Assembly: GCA_965218795.1 (NCBI GenBank) | Contig: OZ244653.1 | Span: forward strand, 3,136,001 to 3,200,000 | Length of the DNA stretch: 64,000 nt | Direction of reading: 5' to 3' | Source: a bacterium | GTDB taxonomy: Bacteria > UBA8248 > JACPRG01 > G963555815 | In this document: piece after piece, positions 50,236 through 60,193 of the stretch | How positions within the stretch are numbered: the first letter of the stretch is position 1 | Layout of the letters: each line of letters begins with the position of its first letter | Position numbers and translations under genes: made by a program | The notes under the pieces: model-generated | Database searches by the model: none | Seen by the model: only the letters and a program-made list of their open reading frames with translations | What the model was told of the DNA's origin: nothing

Positions 50236-50424
50236 ATGACGATGAAGAATGAGGCCCTCCTCGAAGCTGTCATGGAAGGCGGCGAACTGACCTTGCACAT
50301 CGGGATTGTCGAATTCGTGAACGGCGACAAACCGCAAGACCTGGTTCGACTCGCGGACCAAGCCGTTTGCCGGGCGAAAAACGGCGGCGGTCATTGCATC
50401 AGCAGCCACGTCACCCAATCTTAA
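50236..50424 (+). pseudogene. C-terminal remnant of a GGDEF-like domain
   Basis: LTLHIGIVEF...DLVRLADQAVCRAKNGG resembles the vTvSiG...ADxALYxAKxxG end of GGDEF domains; no GGDEF motif, upstream frame has stops. Confidence 0.45.
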
Positions 50425-50454
50425 GCTTTACCCCATACACTCATTGAGACGCGG

Positions 50455-51105
50455 ATGTATTGGCTGGATATTGTCATTCTCGGAACCCTCGGTATCAGCG
50501 TTATCTACAGCTTCGTCCGAGGCGTTATCCGTGAAGTTTTCTCCTTTCTCGCCATCATTGCGGGCTATATGGTGGCCACACGGGTCTATGGATACGGAAC
50601 TCCACATCTGAAATGGGCCGTGTCCGATCCGCGGATAGCCGGGATCATCAGCTTTGTCGCCGTTTTCATCGTCATCAGCCTTTTGGTCGGCGCTCTGGGG
50701 AGGATGGTCCACACCGCGACCAAGAAAGCAAAGCTCTCTTTCGCGAACCGGATTCTGGGCGGCTTTTTCGGTTTCGTCAAGGGGGTCATCTTTGTCTCCG
50801 TTTTACTGTTGCTGATTCCCGTGTTCTCGCGCTCCGCCTCTCAAGGCCAACTCCTCAAGGATTCCGTCGTCGCGCCTTTTTTCGATGTAGCCACTGAAGC
50901 CCTCGCTTTGGTATTTCCAACGAAAAAATACGGCTTGCTGGATAACCGACTCACCAACGAGCTTCGTCAGTTCCGCGAAAGCCACAGCGACACCTTTTGG
51001 ACGGCCATCTCCCGCATGATTCAGCGAAAGCGGCCCGCTGATTCGAGCGATCCGGGTCAGACCGAAGAGGAAGAGCGCGAGATGCAGAAAATTCTCAAGG
51101 AGTGA
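50455..51105 (+). CDS. cvpA: CvpA family membrane protein
   Basis: WLDIVIL, RGVIRE, NRILGGFFGFVKG, S.VAP. Confidence 0.88.
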   Translation: MYWLDIVILGTLGISVIYSFVRGVIREVFSFLAIIAGYMVATRVYGYGTPHLKWAVSDPRIAGIISFVAVFIVISLLVGALGRMVHTATKKAKLSFANRILGGFFGFVKGVIFVSVLLLLIPVFSRSASQGQLLKDSVVAPFFDVATEALALVFPTKKYGLLDNRLTNELRQFRESHSDTFWTAISRMIQRKRPADSSDPGQTEEEEREMQKILKE

Positions 51106-52036
51106 CTCATCCCGGACAGAATTTTTGCCGAACACAACCCCCTGGCTCAAAGATCTCGAGGCGGACCCTCTCCGCGGAGCGACCGAGTTGGCGGGCCCCC
51201 TACACCAATGGCCTCAACGCTTCGCTCTCTGAACTCTCTCTTGCCCCGAAACCAGGCTTTCTGGCAACACTGACCGATCTTGCGGGCTCGATCCGTCGGT
51301 CTCAGCCCCCGATGGAGTCCCTCTTCCACCTTGCCAACGCCGCGCTGCCTGCGGCCGAGGCCGCCCCGGATCCAACCGTAAAGTGCAGACGGCCCTCCGG
51401 GGGTTCATTCGGGTCCAGCAGACCATGGGAGCCCAAGCGGTCCGGAGGAACCTCCCACTGTTGCGGCCGGGCAGCCGAATCTTCACACACTCGGCCAGCA
51501 GCCTGGTTGAAACGGCCATTCGCCGGGCGGATCGAAGACAACGGGGCGGGGTGAAGGGTATCCGGGTCATCTGCACGGAGTCGCGCCCTGCCGGAGAAGG
51601 CATTGGGCTCGCCCGGCGGCTTTTTCAGGCCGGAATCTTCACCACGCTCGTTACGGACGCGGCCGCCGGGGAAGCGCTCGGCGAAGCCGACTTGTTTCTG
51701 ACAGGCGCGGACAGCGTGACGCAAGAAGGAGTCATTCACAAGGTGGGAACCTCCCTGATTGCGGAAATGGCCAAGAAAAAGGGAATCCCCTGCTTTGCCC
51801 TGACAACGCCGCAGAAACTCCTCCCGGAGAGGCTTTTGTCCCTATCCTGGCGTGCGCTGCGGGAGGCGGATGAGATCCTGCGAACTTCCTCTCGCCGTCT
51901 CATGGTCCAAAATCCGACCTTCGACCGGACTGCGTGGAACCGGCTGACGGCCGTCGTCACCGAAGAGGGTCCGATGTTGCAGGGGGAGGTATTCCGTCAT
52001 TTGCGGGCGCTGCGGATTGTAAAAAGCTGGACATAA
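51102..52036 (+). pseudogene. eIF-2B alpha / ribose-bisphosphate isomerase-like protein with two frameshifts
   Basis: Three frames join: DLEADPLRGATELA | IRRSQPPMESLFHLAN | THSASSLV, ESRPAGEG, TDAA, GADSV, HKVGT, NPTFDRT, VTEEG. Confidence 0.75.
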
Positions 52037-52133
52037 CGTTCCGGTGGGGAACGGTTGGCGGTCAAACGTGCAATTTTATATACTTGCCCGCTGTCGGCTC
52101 GGCTGGACTGATTTCTCGTCAAAGGGAACGAGC

Positions 52134-53251
52134 ATGCAAATACTGGTCACAGGGGGGGCCGGATTCATTGCCTCCTTCATCGTTGACGAGCTGGTTCGCC
52201 GAGGACATCAAGTCCGGATCTTCGACAACCTCACCGATCAGGTGCATCCGGGCAACCAGCCCCCCGATTACCTGAATCCCGCCGCCGAATTCATACGGGG
52301 GGACATCTCCGCGATCGGGACGGCCTGCGCGATGCGCTCGACGGCGTAGAGACCGTCTTCCATAAAGCGTCGGCCGTTGGCGTTGGTCAGTCCCAATACG
52401 AGATTAAGCACTATGTGGACGTGAACATCGGCGGAACAGCCAACTTGCTGGATATCATGGCCAATGAAGACCACAAGGTGAAAAAAATCATCGTTGCCGC
52501 ATCGATGAGCAGTTACGGCGAAGGATGTTACGAAAACGTGAGCGGAGAGATTGTCCGTCCACTGCTGCGGACGCCTGAACAGATGGCCGGGAAGGAGTGG
52601 GAGCTTCTGGACCCTGGAGACGGCTCAACGCTCGATCCCGTTCCCACCAGTGAACAGGCGGTCTATCATCCCAATTCGATCTACGCCATCACGAAGGGCG
52701 CCCAGGAAGAAATGGTTTTGAATTTCGGCCTCACGTACGACATTCAGGCGGTCGCCCTGCGTTATTTCAATGTCTACGGGCCCCGCCAGTCTCTTCATAA
52801 CCCTTATACGGGCGTCGCGGCCATATTCTTGAGCCGCCTCAAGAATGGGAACCAGCCTATCGTATACGAGGATGGAAGCCAGACACGCGATTTCATCTCG
52901 GTTCACGATATCGTCCGCGCAAACATGCTGGCCATGGAGCGCGATCTGGACCGGCCCTCCAGCTTCAATATCGGGACGGGGAACCCGCAGCGGATCGCCG
53001 GTATTGCGGAGACCCTGGCCGAGTTGCTCGAAGTGAGGATTCAACCAGACATTACGCAGACCTTCCGAAAGGGAGACGTGCGGCACTGCTTTGCGGACAT
53101 TGCCAAGGCCCGCAACGCCCTGGGCTTCGAGCCACAGGTCAGCTTCGAGGAGGGGATGAGGGAATTGATCCAGTGGTCTTTGGGAACGGAAGCCGTCGAC
53201 CGGGTCGATCAGGCCACCGAGGAGCTCAGGAAGCGAGGCCTGGTTTCATAA
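52134..53251 (+). pseudogene. NAD-dependent epimerase/dehydratase (extended SDR) with one frameshift, possibly a sequencing indel
   Basis: MQILVTGGAGFI...GDI then extra TC at 52308-52309; removing it restores RDRDGLRDALDGVETVFHKASAVGVGQSQY; YAITK, LRYFNVYG, RDFISVHD. Confidence 0.85.
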
Positions 53252-53342
53252 TGCGACAGCCAGGGATGGATTGAACCAAGCGTCCGGTTCAGGCCGCGCG
53301 GGAAACTCCGCCCCGCCGAATCAGGCATATCGCCCTTCCTGC

Positions 53343-54755
53343 TCAGACGGTGAAGATCTGAACCAGATTGGTCGGCCCGCCATCCGCGACGGGTGAGCGG
53401 CCGACGATGACGATGTTGTCCCCCCTCCGCACCATTCTCTTTTTCTTCAGGTCCGTCACGACGAATTCGATCATGGCATCCAGCCGTTTTGCGTAGGGGA
53501 TGTGGCAGCCCGTCACGCCCCAGTCCAGAGACAATTGCCGGAGGACCGCCGCCTCCGGAGTGTAGGCCATGATCCTGACCCGCGGCCGGTGCTTGGCGAG
53601 AAGGCGGGCGGTCAGCCCTGATCGGGTGAAAGCCACAAGGGCGGGCGCCGACACCTCCTCGGCCGCGTGGCAGGCTTCATTCGCGATGATGGAGGACGGC
53701 GTCCTGACGAAATCCGGAAAATCCCGGAAACAGCTATCGGAACAGGACTCCGTTTCTTCGATGATCCGCGACATCATTTTGACCGCCTCCACGGGGTACT
53801 TCCCCGTCGCGGTCTCCCCCGAGAGCATCACGGCATCCGTCCCATCCAATATCGCGTTCGCCACGTCGGATGCTTCGGCCCTGGTCGGCTTGGGATTCTC
53901 CGTCATTGAAAACAGCATTTCCGTCGCCGTGATGACGGCGTATCCCCGTACATTGGCCGCCTCGATGATCGCCTTCTGAATCAGGGGGACTCTCTCGGGC
54001 GGGAGCTCGACGCCGAGATCACCCCGCGCCACCATGATCGCATCGGCCTCTTTGAGAATGGTCTCGAGGTTATCCACCGCCTGGGGCTTTTCGATTTTCG
54101 CCACGAGCGGGACCTTTCCCCCTTGCCTCCGCATCAGCCGCCGTACCGACTGAATATCTTTCGCGGACCTCACGAAGGAGACAGCGAGGTAATCCACCCC
54201 CGCCTGAAGGCCGCAGGCGAGACCGAGGCGGTCCCTCTCCGTCAGGGAAGGGATGGACAGGGCGGAACCGGGAAGATTGATCCCTTTTTGACTGCGGAGG
54301 ACTCCACCACAGTCAATCCGGCAGCGGATGTCTCGGCCGCTTCGGCTGCGAACCCGCAGTTGTATTCTCCCATCGTCGATGAAGATCATATCCCCCGGCT
54401 TCACCTCCTTGGCCAGGTTGGGATAAGTGGAAGAGATGCGATGCTCGTTACCCAGGACGCGGCGTCCGGTCAGGACGATTTCACGGCCGGCCGTAAGCCC
54501 GACCTGCCCCCCGGCAACATCGCCGACCCGGATCTTCGGACCCGGCAGATCCATCAGTATAGCCACCGCCTTGCCGAGCTCCCTGGCCGCGCGCCGCACG
54601 TTCCGTACGGTCTCCCGATGCTGTTCCACCGTTCCATGCGAGAAGTTCAAGCGCGCCACGTCCATCCCGGCCCGCATTAATCGTTTGATCATGGCGAAGG
54701 AAAACGTGGCCGGACCGAGGGTGCAGACAATTTTCGCCCGCCGATGGATGGCCAT
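53343..54755 (-). CDS. pyk: pyruvate kinase
   Basis: KIVCTLGPA, ARLNFSHG, DLPGPKIR, AKIEK, MVARGDLGVE, TRAEASDVANAILDGTDAVMLSGET. Confidence 0.97.
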   Translation of the reverse strand: MAIHRRAKIVCTLGPATFSFAMIKRLMRAGMDVARLNFSHGTVEQHRETVRNVRRAARELGKAVAILMDLPGPKIRVGDVAGGQVGLTAGREIVLTGRRVLGNEHRISSTYPNLAKEVKPGDMIFIDDGRIQLRVRSRSGRDIRCRIDCGGVLRSQKGINLPGSALSIPSLTERDRLGLACGLQAGVDYLAVSFVRSAKDIQSVRRLMRRQGGKVPLVAKIEKPQAVDNLETILKEADAIMVARGDLGVELPPERVPLIQKAIIEAANVRGYAVITATEMLFSMTENPKPTRAEASDVANAILDGTDAVMLSGETATGKYPVEAVKMMSRIIEETESCSDSCFRDFPDFVRTPSSIIANEACHAAEEVSAPALVAFTRSGLTARLLAKHRPRVRIMAYTPEAAVLRQLSLDWGVTGCHIPYAKRLDAMIEFVVTDLKKKRMVRRGDNIVIVGRSPVADGGPTNLVQIFTV

Positions 54756-54784
54756 ATTCCGATCTTCCTTATGGGAGAAGGGAT

Positions 54785-56128
54785 TCAGGGCCCGACCAGG
54801 AGGATCCGAACGTCCATGACGTTCGTCCGGGTCGGACCCGTGATGAGGAGATCCCCCAGCTCTTGAAAGAAGGGGTAGGCGTCATTTTCATCAAGCGCAG
54901 ACCTCGGATCCAGGCCCATCGCCGCCGCGCGCGCCACTGTGGTTCCGTCGACGACGGCGCCCGCCGCGTCTGTGGGTCCGTCCGTCCCGTCCGTCCCGAC
55001 GCTCATTAAAACAACGCCCGGTATGCCCGACAGATCGATGCCCGCCGCCAGCGCGAACTCCTGATTTCGGCCGCCCTTTCCCGGGCCGCGGATGGTGACC
55101 GTGGTCTCCCCGCCGGACAGGATGCATGCCGGAGGCGGAATCGGATGGCCGCTGACCCGGCACTCGCTGGCGATGGCGGCATGCATTCGCGCCGCCTCCC
55201 GCGTCTCCCCCTCGATGCGCGAGGACAGGATCAAGGGCCGGTATCCCCTGAATTGAGCGGCCTCGGCCGCCGCCCGAAGGGCAAGGGCGTTATGGCCTAC
55301 GAGTACGTAATGCGTCCGAGCGAACGCGGGATCGCCGGCTTTAGGGGTTTCGGGCCGCCCGCCCTCGACGCCGGCCTCCAAATGCTCCAGGACGGGTTCG
55401 GGCAACTTGCTACGGATTCGGAAGCGGTCGACCGCCTCCAGACAAGTTGCATAGGTCGTACCGTCCGGAACCGTGGGCCCGGAGGCGATGGTATCCGGGT
55501 CGTCTCCCACGACGTCGGATAAGACCAACGAAACCATAGTCGCCGGATAAGCCATACGGGCCAATTGCCCGCCTTTGACCCGGGACAGGTGCTTTCGCAG
55601 TGCGTTCATCTCGTGAATCGAGGCCCCCGCGTCGAGAAGGGCCTGCGTCGCTGCGCTTTTGTTGGCAAGAGAGATTCCGTCTACGGGCAGGGGAAGAAGA
55701 GCGGACCCGCCGCCCGAGATCAGGCAAATTACGAGATCCTCCTCCCCGAGGGATTCCAAGGTTCCGGCGATCTCCCCGGCCGCGTTCAGCCCGCGCTCAT
55801 CCGGGAGCGGATGAGAGGCCTCCACCACCCGAACCCGCTTCAGCGGGAGGGTATGACCCTCCTTGACCGTGACGATTCCCCCGGCAATCCGGTCTCCAAG
55901 GATCTCTTCGGCGGCATGGGCCATGGACGCGGCGGCCTTCCCGAACCCGACCACATGGACGCTTGACGGGCAGTCCAGCTCTTGTTCACCCGCAAACACG
56001 CGGTTGCCCTCAAGCCTTAGATGACGACAAACCGCTTCATAGGGGTCTACGGCGGCCAGAGCGGCCTTGAGGATTCCCGATGCATCCTGGCGAAGTTGTT
56101 CCAACGATTCCTCGCTAGCCCTGGTCAT
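54785..56128 (-). CDS. glycerate 2-kinase (MOFRL / TtuD family)
   Basis: GFGKAA, ASHPLPD, LISGGGSAL, KGGQLA, SDVVGD, IASGPT, GGETTV, GGRNQE, GTDGTDG, TGPTRTNVMD. Confidence 0.93.
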   Translation of the reverse strand: MTRASEESLEQLRQDASGILKAALAAVDPYEAVCRHLRLEGNRVFAGEQELDCPSSVHVVGFGKAAASMAHAAEEILGDRIAGGIVTVKEGHTLPLKRVRVVEASHPLPDERGLNAAGEIAGTLESLGEEDLVICLISGGGSALLPLPVDGISLANKSAATQALLDAGASIHEMNALRKHLSRVKGGQLARMAYPATMVSLVLSDVVGDDPDTIASGPTVPDGTTYATCLEAVDRFRIRSKLPEPVLEHLEAGVEGGRPETPKAGDPAFARTHYVLVGHNALALRAAAEAAQFRGYRPLILSSRIEGETREAARMHAAIASECRVSGHPIPPPACILSGGETTVTIRGPGKGGRNQEFALAAGIDLSGIPGVVLMSVGTDGTDGPTDAAGAVVDGTTVARAAAMGLDPRSALDENDAYPFFQELGDLLITGPTRTNVMDVRILLVGP

Positions 56129-56267
56129 ACTGCAAAGAGAGCCGGACAGCAAAGATGATTTACACAAGGAAAGAAAGCGAGAATATCACAAACTACCAGC
56201 GATCATCATTCGATAGACGAAATCTGGAAACCAAGTCAACGGCTGTGAAACAGGGTTACGCGGGTAT

Positions 56268-56434
56268 TGGATTCCCACCGCAGCCTGTCCCGTCGGGAAA
56301 TGGATTCCTGCTTGCGCAGGAATGACAGGACAGGACCATGCAGACCCCCCGTCTTGTCATTCCCACCCCCGACGAAAGCCTTCGGGGACAAGCCCCCTGC
56401 CGGATACATGCAGGGGCAGGCCAGCAGGAATCGA
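56268..56434. repeat. cluster of small palindromic repeats (GTCATTCC...GGAATCC type) with nested hairpin insertions
   Basis: TGGATTCCTGCTTGCGCAGGAATGAC (56301-56326); inverted copy GTCATTCCC...GCAGGAATC interrupted by CCCCGA..TTCGGGG and CCCCTGC..GCAGGGG. Confidence 0.65.
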
Positions 56435-56595
56435 GGCAACATAGGGCGAGCCGAGAGGGAAATATCTGGACGAGTACCTGTCTGCCGACAAGACAGGCCT
56501 GAAGTTCTACAACAACGAGCGTCCTTGTTCACGCTAGCGGGGCTCACGCTTCTTGGCCGGGCGCTGCGCTATCGGACAACCGGAAATCCCCCCAC

Positions 56596-56623
56596 AAAAA
56601 AGGGCCGGCTGCGCAGCCAACCC
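56596..56623 (-). terminator. intrinsic terminator
   Basis: GGGUUGGCU-GCGC-AGCCGGCCC followed by U6; two G-U pairs fix the strand. Confidence 0.7.
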
Positions 56624-56775
56624 ATCAACACGGGCAAGAGGTTTATCCAACCTGTCGGGAATGAAGACCGGTCATACAGCTTTACAGGCAGATGGCCCCT
56701 GTCTCTCCAAGGTCGAGGCTTGACGTGTACGACTAGCATCTTCCAGGCATAACCGGCCGGAACTCGGCTGGCGAT

Positions 56776-56976
56776 CTAATTGTCGGATGTCGTTTCCAGC
56801 AATTGCAGGCCCTTCCTGTTTTCCAAATGAAAAGGCAGGGCCTGTTGCTGGCCTATCATGTCCTGAATCCGGCAAAGGTTTTCCCGCCATTCTTCCTTTT
56901 CGATCTCGCCTTCGAGATAGCGATTCAAATTACGAATGCAAAGCAACGCCACTTGTTTGTCTTTCAGCGTCTCCAT
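56776..56976 (-). CDS. small hypothetical protein (66 aa)
   Basis: GGAG RBS before ATG at 56976 (METLKDKQ...); helical, charged sequence; no motif recognised. Confidence 0.45.
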   Translation of the reverse strand: METLKDKQVALLCIRNLNRYLEGEIEKEEWRENLCRIQDMIGQQQALPFHLENRKGLQLLETTSDN

Positions 56977-57178
56977 TGCTCCGCTCTCCCTTCCCCCATC
57001 TCTCCAATCAGCCCAATGAGGGTGTCTTCCATGAATCAATATAGTCCCTGCTCGATTGCCTCGCTCCGGTAACCCATTGAAAGAAAAAGGTTGATAATAG
57101 AAGAGAAACATCGATTGAAAACGAAATCCGGAAAATTCAACAGACGGGACGCTGTTGAACGTGGGGGGGGAGAACAGG

Positions 57179-57874
57179 CTAGAGGGTCTGAAATCGACGC
57201 TCCACGGCTCTCTTCCACTTGGTGTTCTGTTTTTCGTCGAACAGGATGTCCTGATCGGCAGGTGCGGTATACCAGTCGCCGCGCCTCATCTCCGCGTCCA
57301 ACTGGCCCGGCCCCCACCCGGCGTAGCCGACGGCGAACACAATCCGCCGGGGACCTTCCCCCAGCGCGATGGCCCGCAGGATTGCATTCACGGGACTCAC
57401 GCCTACGGTCTCGCTCACCCGGAATCCAGGTTTCGCCTCCCGTTCGAGGGAGTGAACAACGAACCCGGACTCCGGATCCACGGGTCCGCCATAATGCACG
57501 TTGATTTCTCCGACATCTTCCGGCGCCTTGAGGTCAAGCCCCTTGAGCAGCCGGGCCAGTTTCACTTTGCCGACCACCCGGTTCAGGACCAGCCCGAAGG
57601 CGCCTTTTCGGCTGTGTCGGACGAGTAGAATGACGGTTTTTCGGAACCTCGGATCCCGCATCCGCGGGGTCGCTACCAACAGCTCTCCCGCGTGGGACGT
57701 CCCAATACGATCCGGACTCCCCGCGCCGGGCCGCTCCACCACCTGGGACGGAGCCACAACAGGCAGCAAGACCAACCCAGCCGCGAGGCCCGCCAAGAAG
57801 GGGCGAGGGGAAGTCTTGCTCAAGAGAGACCGCGAGCGGCCAAAGAGAGAATATCGCCGGATTGATGTTGCCAT
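57179..57874 (-). CDS. YqgE/AlgH (DUF179) family protein with hydrophobic N-terminal extension
   Basis: LLVATP.M.DPRF..TVIL, GAFGLVLNR, YGGPV, GYAGWGPGQLDAE...GDW. Confidence 0.9.
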   Translation of the reverse strand: MATSIRRYSLFGRSRSLLSKTSPRPFLAGLAAGLVLLPVVAPSQVVERPGAGSPDRIGTSHAGELLVATPRMRDPRFRKTVILLVRHSRKGAFGLVLNRVVGKVKLARLLKGLDLKAPEDVGEINVHYGGPVDPESGFVVHSLEREAKPGFRVSETVGVSPVNAILRAIALGEGPRRIVFAVGYAGWGPGQLDAEMRRGDWYTAPADQDILFDEKQNTKWKRAVERRFQTL

Positions 57875-58020
57875 CAGACCTCCCGAGGGTGTGCCGAGCC
57901 CCCGCAACGCGGAGTCTATTCGAAAAATGATCGACCCGGCGCGGCCTTCCGATCTTATGGCGAGAAATCGCTGCGATACAACCAGACCCGGGTGGAATAT
58001 TCGTCCCGTTCAGGCTCCTG

Positions 58021-58815
58021 TCAGACCCGACGCCCCCCGGCAACCCAGACGGCCGCAAGAAAGATCACCAGGGAAAAGGCAAGCGTGACCATCACGGACA
58101 GGCTCATGGGAGGAAGGCCGTCCAGTAGTTGTACGCCGGAGGGAGATTGCGCCCCCCAATACATGGAGCGCCGGACAGCCGCTACGCCGTAAGTCACCGG
58201 ATTGACGCGCATGATCCACGTCAGCCAGATGGGCGCTCCCCCTGCAGGGAAAACGGCCCCAGAGAGGAGCCACAGAGGCATCAGCAACAGATTCATGATA
58301 GCGTGAAACCCCTGGACCGAATCCATCCGCCAGGCAATGACCAATCCCAGGCTGGTCATTCCGAAAGACAAGGCCGCCATCAGCGACAGCGACAGGATCA
58401 GGGAAAAGAATCCCACATGGAACCCGGCCAGCGGGGAGAGGATCAGAAGGAGCAGCCCCTGGAGAAGGGCCAGCGTGGTTCCCCCCAGGGCTTGTCCCAG
58501 AACGATCCCGGACCGGGGAACGGGAGCCACCAGAGCCCCCTGCAGAAATCCTTCGTTGCGGTCCTGAACGGTCGATATTGTTGCAAATATGGCCGTGAAC
58601 AAAAGGACCAGGCAGACGACGCCCGGATAAAAATACTCGGCGTATGCGATCCCCTTCGGGGCTCCGGGCAACTGAAAGCTAGACTTGAAGCCGCTGCCCA
58701 GGAGGAGCCAGAACAGAAGCGGCTGGGCCAGCGATCCAACGACGCGGCTCCGCTGACGCAGGAACCGGAGCATCTCCCGCCACCAGAGGGAGAGAACGGG
58801 CAGCCAGAACCTCAC
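58021..58815 (-). CDS. ABC-2 type transporter permease
   Basis: Six hydrophobic segments, DRNEGFL...LVAPV, LSGAVFP, NPVTY. Confidence 0.9.
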   Translation of the reverse strand: MRFWLPVLSLWWREMLRFLRQRSRVVGSLAQPLLFWLLLGSGFKSSFQLPGAPKGIAYAEYFYPGVVCLVLLFTAIFATISTVQDRNEGFLQGALVAPVPRSGIVLGQALGGTTLALLQGLLLLILSPLAGFHVGFFSLILSLSLMAALSFGMTSLGLVIAWRMDSVQGFHAIMNLLLMPLWLLSGAVFPAGGAPIWLTWIMRVNPVTYGVAAVRRSMYWGAQSPSGVQLLDGLPPMSLSVMVTLAFSLVIFLAAVWVAGGRRV

Positions 58816-59801
58816 GCCCCCTTCCTCCCTAAATGGGTGTCATCCCCTTCCGAATCTTCGCGGATGGTCTGCCCGGTCAAGTGGATGAATACGTCCTCCA
58901 AGGTCGGCTTGCCGAATGTGATCGACCGAACCTCCCGGGGAAAGGCATCGACCAACTCCCGGACGAATTCGTGGCCGTTGGGACGCTCCACCCGCAATGC
59001 GCCGAGGACCGCCTGGGCCTCTGAGCCGAACCGATCGCGGATCTTCAGGCGCAACCCCTCGGGATCTTCGCACTGGATCGCCACCACGTCTCCGCCGACG
59101 CGGGATTTCAATTCATCCGGTGCGCCCAATGCCACTATTCCGCCGCGATGCAGAAAGACCACCCGATCGCAACGATCCGCTTGCTCGAGAAAATGCGTCG
59201 TCAGAAGGACGGTCGTCCCCTCCGTTTGACGCAGATCCGCCAGATAATCGTCAAAGGCCTTCCGGGCTCCAGGGTCCAATCCGGTTCCAGGCTCATCCAG
59301 GATGAGGACATCCGGCCGATGCAGCAGGGCCTTGGCCAGCTCGGCCCTCCGCTGAAGTCCTCCGGAGAGGGTCTCCGCGCGGTCGCGGCCACGTTCCGCA
59401 ATTCCGAGACGTTCGAGATTTCTCCCAATTCGCTCCTCAAGATTTTTCCCCCGCATCCCGTAGAGGCGGGCCTGGTGCGCAAGGTTTTCCCTGACCGTGA
59501 GCTTGGCGTCCAGGCTCGGATGCTGAAAAACGACGCCAATGCGCCGACGGACGACTTGAGGTTGGGCCACGAGATCCTGACCGAAAATGGACGCCCGGCC
59601 CATGGAAGGGGGCATCAAAGTCGAGAGAATCTTGAACAGCGTCGTCTTTCCGCCGCCGTTTTCTCCCAAGACTCCGAAAATCTCGCCGCGGCGAACCGAA
59701 ATCGTCACATCCTGAAGCGCCACGCGGGTGCCATACGCATGGCGAAGTCCGTGTGTGCTGACGGCAGGGGTTTCTTCCCCTTGAGGAGGAGGAATCGTCA
59801 A
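58812..59801 (-). CDS. ABC transporter ATP-binding protein (DrrA/NodI-like)
   Basis: GENGGGKT, LSGGLQRR, LILDEP, TTH, PTLEDVF. Confidence 0.92.
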   Translation of the reverse strand: MTIPPPQGEETPAVSTHGLRHAYGTRVALQDVTISVRRGEIFGVLGENGGGKTTLFKILSTLMPPSMGRASIFGQDLVAQPQVVRRRIGVVFQHPSLDAKLTVRENLAHQARLYGMRGKNLEERIGRNLERLGIAERGRDRAETLSGGLQRRAELAKALLHRPDVLILDEPGTGLDPGARKAFDDYLADLRQTEGTTVLLTTHFLEQADRCDRVVFLHRGGIVALGAPDELKSRVGGDVVAIQCEDPEGLRLKIRDRFGSEAQAVLGALRVERPNGHEFVRELVDAFPREVRSITFGKPTLEDVFIHLTGQTIREDSEGDDTHLGRKGA

Positions 59802-60193
59802 TTCAAACCCTCCTTCGGCGAAATTTCTCCGTCAGACGGGTTGAAGATAAAATCGAAGCTCAACCAAAGGCTCTTGGAATACCGGAAAAAAATCAATGGA
59901 AAAAGGGCGCAAAAGCCGGCCCACAGCAAGATTTGCCAGTTCAGCGAGATGCTTGTGTAGACATCGAGAATGAAATACCCGGCCAAGGCGATCAGCGTAG
60001 TCAACCCGTAATTGATGTATATCGCCCCAACGTAGTACCCCATTTCCGGCTCACAAGGGAGCCCGCATTCGGGACACTCCGGAACCATCGAGAACAGGGT
60101 GTGGTAGAGCCTCCCTTTCCCGCATCGGGGGCACACGAGACGCAAACCCCGCTTCAGAATCGTCATCGCCCGTGACGGATCCAATCTTCCCAC
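59798..60193 (-). CDS. DUF983 family membrane protein
   Basis: CPRCGKG.L, CPECG, E.GYY.GA.YI, two TM segments. Confidence 0.8.
   Translation of the reverse strand: MGRLDPSRAMTILKRGLRLVCPRCGKGRLYHTLFSMVPECPECGLPCEPEMGYYVGAIYINYGLTTLIALAGYFILDVYTSISLNWQILLWAGFCALFPLIFFRYSKSLWLSFDFIFNPSDGEISPKEGLN

Noticed and set aside
53343-56128. Glycerate kinase - pyruvate kinase pairing as a novelty
   Set aside because: Known arrangement (ttuD-ttuE like) for routing glycerate to pyruvate
56236-56752. ORFs 56267..56752 and 56236..56547
   Set aside because: MDSCLRRND and SFLRKQES are translations of the palindromic repeat; no coding evidence
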